Source: Eledone cirrhosa (taxonomy: Eukaryota). From it: a stretch of 64,000 nt of DNA. Where the stretch lies: positions 340,504,001 through 340,568,000 of the forward strand of contig OZ024741.1 in NCBI GenBank assembly GCA_964016885.1, in the 5' to 3' direction. Of the stretch, positions 1 through 14,583 are shown in pieces (positions within the stretch are counted from its first letter, which is position 1; every line of letters starts with the position of its first letter). The position numbers and the translations under genes were made by a program. Below the pieces are notes generated by a model, which saw only the letters and a program-made list of their open reading frames with translations, was not told the DNA's origin and did no database searches.

Positions 1-445
1 TATTTTAAAGAAGAGTACTGGTAAATTTGTACTAATGGAGTTATTGTATTCGGGATTATACCATAAGTACTCTTTGCATCGCTTTCTATTAGTTTTGTTT
101 CTTGGTTTACTGGTGTGCATACTATGGTAGTAAGTGTGGTTTGGTGTTGTGTTATTATATCTACCTATGTGGGATTTATTTTGGGTGTTTTGATTGTTCC
201 CATCTATGTACTCTATTTTGTTGAGGTAGCCTGCTTTACTAAGGGCGTTATCGTAGTACTCGGCGTGTTCCTTAAATACTTGTATGTTAGAAGATAGACC
301 CGAGATTCTAAGGGAAATATTTTTAGGGATAGATTTAATTATAGAGATGGGGTGGTTAGACCCAACATTTACGTATTTGAGATTTTCATTCAATTTATGA
401 AACGGTTTAATCAAACCAGAGTTTAAATTGAGTGTGACATCTAGT
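1..445 (-). pseudogene. Penelope-like element, reverse transcriptase C-terminal fragment
   Basis: Manual minus-strand translation gives LDVTLNLNSG..KPFHK..LKYVNVGSNHPISIIKSIPKNISLRISGLSSN..F..Y..AL.KAGY..LWYNPEYN..TN, matching the PLE RT thumb (SNHP, WxNP motifs). It contains stops. Confidence 0.75.
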
Positions 446-723
446 TAGAAAAATATAAAAACAATCTCTTCTCAACATATATTAATAACCTTAAATTACC
501 ATACTAATAATGAAAAGATATGCTGATGAGAATAGGTACAAATATGCGATAATGAATGTGTCTAAAAACGTCCATAAGTATGTATATATATGTGAAAATG
601 TATATAAATAAGTAAATATATATATATGTTTGATGTGTATAGTTAGATGTAAGTGTATTCATGTATTAAAGTGCTTATATATATATGTATATGTATATGT
701 GTGTATATGTATATATATATGTA

Positions 724-817
<94 letters not shown>

Positions 818-1524
818 TGTATGTATATATGTGTAAGTATGTGTATGTGTGTACACATGGACTAGAGTATGTATGTATATATGTGTGTGTCTATACGTGT
901 GTATATAAAGATAAGTTGAGTATGAAAATGTATACACATGAGCGCGTATGTATGTACATGAATACATGTGTGTATATATATGTGTATGCATGTATATATA
1001 TATGTAAGTATGAATATGTGAATTGTGAGTATATGTATTTTGTAGAGGTGTGCAAATATATTTGTGTGTGAATGCGTGGGTGAAAGGATACGTACACTTG
1101 AAAGAAAAATTTAAGTCTGAATGTTAATTAAGTGCAAACACAAAACCAACCACGCATATCTTTACTATCTCTAATCCTTCTATAGACTTAGAAAAATAAC
1201 CAATAATATATTCTATAAAAAATGTCAAAACAACAGATGGGAATCTAATTACTCACTGCCACCAAGAATTCTCACTGCTATCGAAAAACCACTCCTTCAA
1301 CTATTCTTCTAACAACTTCACCCCTCCCTCCTAATATTCTCTATAAAAACTAAATAGGTCCTCAGTAATATTATTCTGATGAAATGACAGTAAATAATAA
1401 CATTGAAATATTGAATGTCTGCATAACTAAAAGTTTGTAGATAGCTGTTTTAGGTTATGTAACTGTTATAGAAACACGTGTCAATAAATTCCTTTCAACT
1501 AAACTGTATCCATTCAAATCTTTC

Positions 1525-2490
<966 letters not shown>

Positions 2491-2923
2491 CTTCGTAGCA
2501 AGTGAGAATTTCTCGATCGAGAGAGAAATGAACATATGATACAGTGGTCACAGAAGGTGGACAGTGAGCGAATAACGTATTTGCTAGAAAAAGCAGTTAG
2601 TACACTCCTGGGTTAACTCGACCATAGGGGAGTTTGGGACAATATAATAATGAAATACACACACATATATTCATATGTATATGTGTGTTTGTGGTGTCTG
2701 CTTTCAGTTTTACTCGATGACCGAAAGAGCTAAAAATAATCAAAATAATTAAAATAACTCAATAATCAGAGCTATTTATCAAATTACAAAATATGAGGAA
2801 ATAATAGACAAAAAAAAAAAAAAAAAAAAAAAACAATATATATATATATAGGTGTATGTGTGTGTGTATGTATGTGTGTGTGTGTGTGTGTGAGAGAGAG
2901 AGGAAATAGTTATATCCGTTTTA

Positions 2924-3560
2924 TGTAGGCTAATTCACGTTAGCATAGAATTAAGCTATACTTAAAATAACAACACAGTGTTTTGTTGAACTGTTGTTTA
3001 TTGTGTGAAAACATTTATAAAGTGTACGGAGGAATGATCTGTCCCTAAAGTTCCGCTTAACCGGAAGTTCTTTCACTGCCAACCAGATCAGTAATGAGTT
3101 TTCAGCAAAGTCCTTTCCATCAACAGTTCGCTTTTACAAGCTTCCGGCAATGCTTTACACCCCCTACCCCACGTAGAACTGTTGATTATCATTGGAACCA
3201 ATAAGGGGCTTTTACCATCTGACCTGTGCGCATGGTTACTTAGCTCTTTGAGTATTGTTCGTTGTCTGGGGCTGGTGTAACATACCTAGGTCGGCCTACG
3301 AATTGGTGCAGAGCCTCGCTTGTGGTGTGGCATAGAAAGGCTAAGATAGCTTTCACTTTTTTTGGTATGGGTGTGGCCCCGGTACCTGTGACTCGATGTC
3401 CGAGAAAGCCGATTTCCTTAACATCAAAGACACACTTGGCAGGGTTTGACTACCAAACCGTATTTTTCGACACTATCAAAAAGAGTCACTAAGTGCCTCT
3501 TGTGTAGATCCGCATTTTGGCTAGACCTATATAGTTAGTATCATAATCTATAAAGCTCAG
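2924..3560 (-). mobile_element. Ty3/Gypsy LTR retrotransposon relic: RT fragment, polypurine tract and 3' LTR (2924-3159)
   Basis: Minus strand encodes KCVFDVKEIGFLGHRVTGTGATPIPKKVKAI (Gypsy RT thumb), then GGGGTAGGGGG PPT (3160-3170) followed by a TGTA...TACA bounded 236-bp LTR containing AATAAA. Confidence 0.7.
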
Positions 3561-3859
3561 TGTCATAATCTATAAAGCTCAGTGTGTGGTCATGCTCCTT
3601 CGTTATAGAAATCTACGATATAGAATTTCTTCAATTGAAATTTACAATTCAGAAGTCGAAATAGTTTCGATTGCGTCTTGATGCAGATAATTTTTTCAAT
3701 TTCACACACAATTACGCAAAAAATAGATAAAACTCAATATTTTACGATTTTTATCTCTCATTTAAACTGCTGAACTCTTTCTACTACCATTCAAAATCTA
3801 TACAACTTCATAGTTTCTGCTACTTTCTCTTTCCAAGCTTGATGGTGATACTGTCCGTT

Positions 3860-4190
3860 CACACCACTCCCTACTGTCTTAAATTTAGAAAACACATATC
3901 CTCTATGAGGTTACTAAACCTGCTAGAAACATCAGCTAACTCTCCCCCATATCACACCCCTCCCCACACCACTCCCTACTGTCTTAAATTTAGAAAACAC
4001 ATATCCTCTATGAGGTTACTAAACCTGCTAGAAACAGCAGCTAACTCTCCCCCATATCACACGCCTCCCTACTGTCTTAAATTTAGAAAACATATCTTCT
4101 ATGAGGTCACTAAACCTGCTAGAAACAACAGCTAACTCTCCCTCATATCACAACCCTCCCTACTGTCTTAAATTTAGAAAACACACAGAC
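3860..4190. repeat. Tandem repeat, ~80-100 bp unit, ~4 copies
   Basis: CCCTACTGTCTTAAATTTAGAAAACACAT...CCTGCTAGAAAC..AGCTAACTCTCCC recurs. Confidence 0.85.
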
Positions 4191-4589
4191 AACCATGCAG
4201 AACAACTCCATCGCAGCTCTGTTGTTCGGCTGGCATCGTCTACGCGCGTGTTGCGCAAGTACTGTGAAACAATAAATTTCAACACTTTTTTGCACAGAGA
4301 TAATATCCATAGGCGAAACTACAATTGTCACTGCTGGCGCAGCTCATGCTTCCAGGTCTGCAATTCATTCACCCAGTGCCTGGCAGACAAAAAAGTGCTG
4401 CCATAAAATGGGTGGTGCAACCTAACTTTGGTAACTTAATGACCCCGAGCAACGCGGGCTTTAATGCTAGTCATAATAAGAGACAGTTTAATTTGTACAT
4501 TTTATTACACCATTCCTTTATACATAAACATGTTATTTACAGTTGTATAAAAAAGAAGTATAATTGTTTCTACTTTTGGCACAAGGCCA

Positions 4590-5315
4590 GCAATACTGTA
4601 CTGTATTATATATTTTCAACATTAATACTATACTATATATTTTCAACAGTAATACTATACTATATATTTTCAACAGGGATACTATACTATATATATTTAA
4701 CAGTAATACTGTATTATATATTTTCAACAGTAATACTATTTATTTTCAACAGTAATACTGTACTATGCTATATATTTTCAACAGTAGTACTGTACTATAC
4801 TATATATTTTCAACAGTAATACCATACAATACTATATGATTTCAACAGTAATATTATACTATATATTTTCAACAGTAATACTGTACTATACTATATATTT
4901 TCAACAGTAGTACTGTACTATATATTCTCAGCAGTAATACTATACTATACTATACTATATGTTTTCAACAGTAATATTATACTATATATTTTCAACAGTA
5001 ATACTGTATTATACTATATATTTTCAATAGCAATACTATACTATATATTTTCAACAGTGATACTATACTATACTATACATCTTCAACAGTAATACTGTAC
5101 TATATATTTTCAACAGTAATACTGTGCTACACTATATATTTTCAACAGTAGTACTGTACTATACTATATATTTTCAGCACTAATACTATACTATACTATA
5201 TGTTTTCACCAGTAATATTATACTATATATTTTCAACAGTAATACTGTACTATACTATATGTTTTCAACAGTAATACTATACTATACTATATATTTTCTA
5301 TACTATACTATACTA
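4590..5315. repeat. Minisatellite, ~27-32 bp unit (TACTATATATTTTCAACAGTAATAC)
   Basis: More than 20 visibly related copies. Confidence 0.95.
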
Positions 5316-5317
5316 CA

Positions 5318-5363
5318 CAGACGGCTTATCGTCTGTTTATCCAAGCGAAGCTAGGTACGTCAG

Positions 5364-5368
<5 letters not shown>
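5318..5368 (+). mobile_element. Possible Helitron/Helentron-type 3' terminus
   Basis: Hairpin ACAGACG..CGTCTGT, then CCAAGCGAAGCTAGGTACGTCAGCTA, resembling the CCGxGCGAAGCCGGGTA..AGCTAG ends of non-autonomous rolling-circle elements. It follows a minisatellite. Confidence 0.4.
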
Positions 5369-5421
<53 letters not shown>

Positions 5422-5456
5422 GCCGTAGAAAACGCCAATGGTAGCCGGGCGCCAGC

Positions 5457-6007
5457 CGGACGGGCCGTGGTATATATATATAAGCGTGTATGTGAATTTC
5501 GTATATCTAAACATATACGGTATGTTTAATAAATAAACATCTTGAAAGCCCAGCAATGAATATTGAAAGGCTGACAGATTCTAGAAGAAGCAGCGAGGAC
5601 AAGCCGGTCCCTCGCCGTTAGCTTTTCAAAATTCATAGCTGGGCTTTCAAAATGTTTATTTATAACACACACCATATATATTTCGATATATGAAATTCAC
5701 ATGCCGAAGCTAAATTTTGAATATATATATATATATATATATATTAGAATGATCGAGTATCGAAAAATCGGCGCACGAGTTCACGATAAACAAAATTCGA
5801 AATGAGCGGCAGAGGGCTCAATAATTCAGATAGATCAGAGCTATAACTATCGTTAAAATACCGTCACACATAGAACAAGTCTAAAATCAACCACACGATA
5901 AAAAATCGATAATAGAAGATTCGGGACCAATCAGATAAAAAATATCAATAAATCAATAATTTAAATGAATGTAAAATCATACCCGGACCCACTAGAAAGG
6001 TGTTAAA

Positions 6008-6040
<33 letters not shown>

Positions 6041-6304
6041 GGATTAACAAATAATAGTTAAATGCAGTCCACTTAGGTGAAGTCCAGTTATGGTATTCCA
6101 GGTAGTGGATGATATTAACGCTTGGCTTTGTTTGACTCAACAAGGCGTTTTCATAGTGATGCTGCGGGTATGCTGTAATTCTCTGTCAGCCTTTCAATAT
6201 TCATTGCTGGGCTTTCAAGATGTTTATTTATTAAACATACCGTATATGTTTAGATATACGAAATTCACATACACGCTTATATATATATACTAACGGCCCG
6301 TCCG
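5457..6304. mobile_element. Inverted-repeat (foldback/MITE-like) element, ~120-bp arms, in (TA)n context
   Basis: 5457-5578 is the near-perfect reverse complement of 6182-6304. A third, diverged inverted copy lies at ~5620-5720. Confidence 0.7.
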
Positions 6305-6305
6305 T

Positions 6306-6401
<96 letters not shown>

Positions 6402-6402
6402 C

Positions 6403-6447
<45 letters not shown>

Positions 6448-6451
6448 CATA

Positions 6452-6546
<95 letters not shown>

Positions 6547-6566
6547 GTATGTGTATATATATATAT

Positions 6567-6740
<174 letters not shown>

Positions 6741-6757
6741 ATATACATATATATATG

Positions 6758-6878
<121 letters not shown>

Positions 6879-6895
6879 ATATCTATATATATATC

Positions 6896-6926
<31 letters not shown>

Positions 6927-6978
6927 ATGTATATATATATGTATGTATATATATATATATATATGTATATGTATATAT

Positions 6979-7026
<48 letters not shown>

Positions 7027-7041
7027 ATATATATATGTGTA

Positions 7042-7088
<47 letters not shown>

Positions 7089-7105
7089 ATATATATATAT
7101 ATATG

Positions 7106-7222
<117 letters not shown>

Positions 7223-7231
7223 ATACATATA

Positions 7232-7634
<403 letters not shown>

Positions 7635-7719
7635 TTGCTCTACGGTTCTTATATATTTGATATATATTTTCCTTATCGAGCCCTCTTTGGATTTTAGTCT
7701 TCAATTTTATTATTATTAC

Positions 7720-7792
<73 letters not shown>

Positions 7793-7793
7793 G

Positions 7794-7838
<45 letters not shown>

Positions 7839-7839
7839 G

Positions 7840-8005
<166 letters not shown>

Positions 8006-8010
8006 ATATT

Positions 8011-8057
<47 letters not shown>

Positions 8058-8062
8058 ATATT

Positions 8063-8131
<69 letters not shown>

Positions 8132-8204
8132 TACATGAATCAAAGTTCTGTTTAAATCATTTATTTGCTTACAATTGTTTCTTCCAAACCATTTATCCGT
8201 TCCT

Positions 8205-8433
8205 AAATGAACACTGGCGAGACCTTCAAGATAGTAAAGAATCATCTGTACTCTACCAACATGCTAAAATAGAACACAAGGGTAAATTAGAGAACATAGA
8301 AATAAAAATAGAATCTACACACAGAAAAGACGCAATGTTTAGACAAATCACAGAGGCAATAAACATAAAAGAATTACAACCAAAATTAAATAGAAAATAT
8401 GAGTGGAACAGCAACATCACAACTTACAATTAA
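8205..8433 (+). pseudogene. Penelope-like GIY-YIG endonuclease C-terminal fragment
   Basis: [39 protein letters not shown] fits the PLE GIY-YIG tail (EH, H..H, R...EA..I....P.LN). Confidence 0.8.
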
Positions 8434-8634
8434 AGACAAAATGAAAACACACACACACATAGCACAAACAACCAACCAGTAACATGTAAATAAACAAATA
8501 AATAAATGAACATAAACACACACAGACACCCGGATGTGGCGCATGCGCAGACTGAGCACACAACACACACACAGAAACAAAATGGCGTAGGAAAGAACAA
8601 AGGAGAGGCACAGAAACAAAGAAAGGAATCCCCA

Positions 8635-8677
8635 GTCACTGAAGAGGTCACAGAGTGTGTGACGAAAGAACTATGAC
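8635..8677 (+). ncRNA. Minimal type I hammerhead ribozyme in Penelope pseudo-LTR
   Basis: gtca-CTGAAGA-g-gtcac(agagtgt)gtgac-GAAA-gaac-TA-tgac: stem I, core, stem II and minimal stem III, downstream of the GIY-YIG ORF. Confidence 0.75.
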
Positions 8678-8839
8678 AATATATAAACAACTATCTGGTT
8701 GTGGAACCAACCAACCAAAAATTTATAAATATATAAATTTATTATAAATTTATTATAATAAATTGAAGTGAAAGCAAGTGGTGCGTGTGTTTCTTATCGG
8801 CAACATGACCCTCCCAAAGTATAACAATATATATATATG

Positions 8840-8896
<57 letters not shown>

Positions 8897-8897
8897 G

Positions 8898-8929
<32 letters not shown>

Positions 8930-8949
8930 TCTGTGTATATATGTATATA

Positions 8950-9050
<101 letters not shown>

Positions 9051-9305
9051 GTATATATATATATATATATATGCGTGAAAGGTCGTTCTAAAAACGAAAC
9101 AATACCTCCTACGTTAACCAAGAACTCCTAAGACCTAACCAACAACCAACAACTTAATTTATAAAATAATTTTTTTTAAGGAAAAAAATTTTTTCTAATC
9201 CGGAAAAAAATTCTTTTTGGATTTTGTGAAGAAAATAAATTTGTTGAAAGCACAAGTGAAGCCATTTTTTTCTTCCCTCTGTCTTAATATATATATATAT
9301 ATATA

Positions 9306-9434
<129 letters not shown>

Positions 9435-9471
9435 GTATATATATATGTATATATATATGTATATATATATG

Positions 9472-9555
<84 letters not shown>

Positions 9556-9583
9556 TGTATATATATATATGTATATATATATG

Positions 9584-9635
<52 letters not shown>

Positions 9636-9636
9636 C

Positions 9637-9669
<33 letters not shown>

Positions 9670-9716
9670 CATATATATAGTTAAAAGAATAGAGGTGTAA
9701 CACACAAGTTATTATA

Positions 9717-9958
9717 TATTGGTAAACGGAATAGAAAATGCTGACAAATTGTTCACAGTTGAAAAATGGGAAAAAAATACTGGTCCACCCACACACGCGC
9801 ACACACACACACACACACATATATACACAAACACATACACACGCGTACATCAACATACAAAGAGACTTATACACACACACACACACACACACACGCACTT
9901 CTCCGTATAAGACAAAAGCTGAAAAATATCTTTTGACCTTCGAATGACTCTGCTGTGT

Positions 9959-9994
<36 letters not shown>

Positions 9995-10063
9995 ATCTTA
10001 ATAGCCATTTGACACACATCGCTGGTGGCTATTGTCGCAGCATCGAACACCTTACTACTACTA

Positions 10064-10119
<56 letters not shown>

Positions 10120-10636
10120 TTGTTGTGAAAGAGTCATTTCTCAATCTTGGCGCAAAACCAATTTTTTATCCACATGACCTCTACCGACCAATCAAAATTT
10201 TTATCCACATGACCTCTACCGACCAATCAAAATTGTTTTGACCATAATTTTTGCTGGAGCCACTTTTCTAACATTTTAACATAAAAATAGTCTTGGCGCA
10301 AAATCAACTTTTTACATTCACATGACCTCTACCGACCAATCAAAATTGTTTTGACCACAAGCATTTTTACAACACAAAAATAACGCTGGAGCCATTTTTT
10401 TAACATAAAAACAGGTAGAATTCCCAAAACTAATCAGATCAGAGCAAACAGCACGGACACTCTATCTCAAAATTATTTTTGAAAAGCATTTAGAAATGCG
10501 CAACCGGTAAAAACTTAAAAACTTAAAACCACAACTGAATACTAACCCATACAATCACTAATACTCTTTTATTCCTAATTAAACCATTTTTCAACTGTGA
10601 ACAATTTGTCAGCATTTTCTATTCCGTTTACCAATA
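9717..10636. mobile_element. Inverted-repeat element, 53-bp arms, between (TA)n tracts
   Basis: 9717-9769 is the reverse complement of 10584-10636. The interior has (CA)n and three CATGACCTCTACCGACCAATCAAA repeats. Confidence 0.7.
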
Positions 10637-10653
10637 CATATATATATATATAC

Positions 10654-10742
<89 letters not shown>

Positions 10743-10769
10743 CATATATATATACATATATATATATAC

Positions 10770-10955
<186 letters not shown>

Positions 10956-11232
10956 GTAGTATAACTTTGCAAAAGAAGAGAGGTGGGAAGGTAAATTACC
11001 GCGAAGTATCTGATATGAGAAGATTTTATCTCCCTGATAACGTATTTATCATGGCGGAAATTATCACTTATGTGGTGTATTAATTGGTTTCGTAGTCAGT
11101 GAAAGAAAGCTAAAAGCGTATGTGTTTTAACTATACAGCAGTGGTTCTCAAACGGTAGGTATTCCTCTACCAGGGGAGGAATTTCAATCCTCAGTGGAGA
11201 AATTGGAGAGTAATCCTAACTGAGAAAGATTA

Positions 11233-11277
<45 letters not shown>

Positions 11278-12019
11278 TACCAATATACCCAACTATAAAG
11301 GTAACTGCGTATTAACTTCATAAACAATTAAACAACACTACTGTTTTAAACTTAATACAGTTTGGGACTATACAATTATTGTGAACATAGATGACTTTAA
11401 CAGCAACCTTGTTCTTTAGACATGGAAGGGATTGGGTTTCATGCATTTTTCGTCCATCACTCCTTCGTTTCGCATGGTCTGAATATTGAACTATATTCTT
11501 TAACCCGCTTGTCAATGCAAAAACGATTGGTGAGACACCATTATAGTATATAAGAATGTATTTTCGCTGACGTGAATGTGAAAAATTAGCCCGATGCACT
11601 TATTCAGTGTTTTCAAATAAAGATTATTTATTTTCAATAATAATTTGGATTGTGTACAATGTATTAATGTACGAAGGGGCATATTTCAATGAGCACTATC
11701 TAATTTTGTAGATTGAATTATTATAAAAAACAAAAACAAAAAACAAACAAACAAAACAACAAAACAAATAGGTGTCGATAGGCTGGAATTGAATCTTCAA
11801 TGTAATGTTCTAAACATATAATAATTCTGAATATATCTAATGTTAAATTGATTAGTTGTCATACCAATTCTGATTAATATTCAATGTGATAGAGACTACA
11901 AAGATAATTGATTTTTCTAGATAATTGCCATTCATTGAACAGAAGTTTTGTAAATGGTAGTTGTGTGCTGGGATGTTAATGTTATTTGTGTTCTGGCAAT
12001 TTGAATTGTTATTATTATT

Positions 12020-12197
12020 GATGGTTTGGCAGTATCGGTAGAGCGTCAGACACCATGCTTAGCATAGGAGTTATGGTCCTATGCGTTCTGAATTCAAATC
12101 TTCCAGGTTAATTTTGCCTTTCATCTTTACGGGTTCGATAAAATAAAGCACCAGTAATGCACTGGGGTAATTGCTGGCCTTGTGCCAAAAGTAGAAA

Positions 12198-12234
<37 letters not shown>
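12020..12234 (+). mobile_element. tRNA-derived SINE with Meta-domain-like core and (ATT)n tail
   Basis: A-box-like TGGCAGTATCGG, B-box-like AATTCAAATC, core GCCTTTCATCTTTACGGGTTCGATAAAATAAAGCACCAG, then tail ATT 12199-12234. Related copies occur elsewhere in the window. Confidence 0.75.
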
Positions 12235-12447
12235 GAATGCCATGGTTGACGGAGGCTCGGCTCTGTAAGGTATAGTAATTTTTAACCGTTAAAACAATTG
12301 TAAATTGTTTAAAACTTGAACCAAATTGTTGATAAAGACACCCTCCTCCTCGTGAGAGGGGTCTTTCTGTCCGTTATTTGGCCCTTCGGGGTTAAATAAC
12401 CAGTTATTGGGGTTTTGTACCCAAAATTTCATTTTAAACAAAAAAAC

Positions 12448-14548
12448 ATGGCTACCAAAAAAAAAAAAATTTCATACGTCACTCCCACTCATTCCGTCTT
12501 CTTCTTCCTCAATCATCACTACAGGAGAGAGAAGATTGTCTCTCTCCCTCCCTTCTTTAAATGTGTCTCTCTCCCTACCTTCTCTTTCGCAAGCGACGAA
12601 AGAAAAGAAAAGTCTCGTGCAAAGCGTGCAAGGTTTCTCCACGACGACGACGACAGCGACGAAACAGGTGTGCGGGAAATACGAAAACCCAGTTCATTCG
12701 TCTGACGTCAGGAATAATAGCAGTAGCAGCCGTAATAACAACAGCAACAGTGACAATGAAAACAACAGTAGCAGCCGCAACAGCATCACCAGCAGCATAA
12801 ACAACAACAGCATTAGCAGCAGCAACACCAACAACAACCACAGCAACAGCGGCGGAGGCAGTAGTCGTAGTACCTGCAGCAACAACAAAAGTACCAGCAG
12901 CTCTGACGACAACAACAACAGCAGAGAAAAACCAATCTCATTTGCAGGTATTGCGAAAAACCTGGAAACAATCCTCATAACAAATGAGGAATTAGAGGAA
13001 GCGAAGAAGATGGTGACAAAGAACGGACACCGAGCAATCTGCAAGGCAGCGAAAAATTTTTTCGAAACCCAAGAGCACTGTACGGTCACGTACCGTACAG
13101 TAAGTACAAAATCCCGTAGGGTGGAAAGAGCCACAGAGGCCCAAATACAAAAAGCCTTGGGGTCTGTGTGGCAGAGGAAAACGCACATCACCCGAGGCAA
13201 AAAATACGCCACCGTAGACGTACTTTTTGCCACACCCCAGGAGGCAAAGGCCCAATCAGTAGTGACCCTAAGGAGCGAGGAAATGGTGTTGGTGCCCTCC
13301 TACTGCGGGCAAAAAATTGTGAGGGTCAAACTGACCCACGTCCCCCCCGGAATGACCCCTTCTTGGCTGGCCGCGTCTGTCCTCGTCGGAATCGAGGACA
13401 AAACAACTGTACTGCAAGTACAGAAAAAAGTAAGAGAAGATTGGGTCGGCTCCTCCATTGAGATGCTAATCCAAACCAACCAGGAGTGCATCGAAGCTAT
13501 CCCGGATGTGATAGACTTCGATAACGGCACTCAACTGCCCATAAGTGTTGAGGGCAAACGCCCGAAATGCTTTCGCTGTGGATCGAAGACTCACCTCAGG
13601 GCCTTCTGCAACGAGAAGACCCTGAGAAAGGAGAAAACCCCCCTCCTCCCGAATCCGGTTCCACGGCTACCAGCAACAGGACAAGCGGCAACCAGGAACG
13701 ATAGGTCCGTGGCACCCATACCCACTCCACGGAAATCAAAGACAGCAGCAGCAGTGGAAATATTAACAACAACAACAGCAATACCAAATGCAGCTGCAAC
13801 AGAGACTCCAGTGCAAACATCACCAACAACAACAAGTGAAAGAGTGGAGCTGGTACCCCTCCCCGACCTTACAGAATCAGACATGGAGTGTGAGGTGGGA
13901 GAGGGATGGCAAAAGGTCTCAAGAAGGCACAAACGCAGAAGCAGCGCATCGTCGCCTTTGAAAAGGGAGGAAAGAAATGAGAAAAGGGTAAAGTCTACTG
14001 CAAAGAGACCCACAGCAGCAACACCACCAACACCATCACCACCCACACCAGCACCACCATCACCACCGGCGACAACCCCACCGCCAACAACACCTTCAAC
14101 ACCACCACCACAAGCACCAACATCGCAAACACAACAACAAAACACACACACCCAGCAACAACGACAAGAAAATAGCAGAACCACACCCCACCCCCAGAAA
14201 AACAAATGCACGGCAATAAACACACACAACAAGAAACTAATGACTTACATAATTGAACACACAGACATTTCACAACAGGACTACATAATACCAGCACCAA
14301 TCAAAACGCCAACTAACATAAGACTGCTAAAAATAGCACAGAAACAATACACAAACATTAAAACGAAATTCCCCAACGCAGTTGGTGATTTCAGGGACCT
14401 AGGAGGAACCATTAATCGAAGAGTATATTCAGACATTCTCTTAGAAGAGCCGACGACCAGCCGAAGGGACGATTCAACGGTCCCTTCACCAGACGATCAA
14501 GTGAAAAGGGATGTAAAAACCATCCCTCCTCTACCAAAAATACGGTAA
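12448..14548 (+). CDS. ORF1 gag-like nucleic-acid-binding protein (element A)
   Basis: Zinc knuckle CFRCGSKTHLRAFC (CX2CX4HX4C), Asn/Ser and Pro/Thr tracts. The likely ATG at 12448 (MATKKKKFHT) needs one A removed from an A13 run; the long frame itself is open from 12407. Confidence 0.85.
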
Positions 14549-14583
14549 GTGGTCTTTCCCATCTTTTCCACTCTATTTTAAAC

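Noticed and set aside
1372-1425. CTGATGA-aatg..catt-GAAA hammerhead-like motif
   Set aside because: No convincing stem I/III with a UH site; at best a decayed copy.
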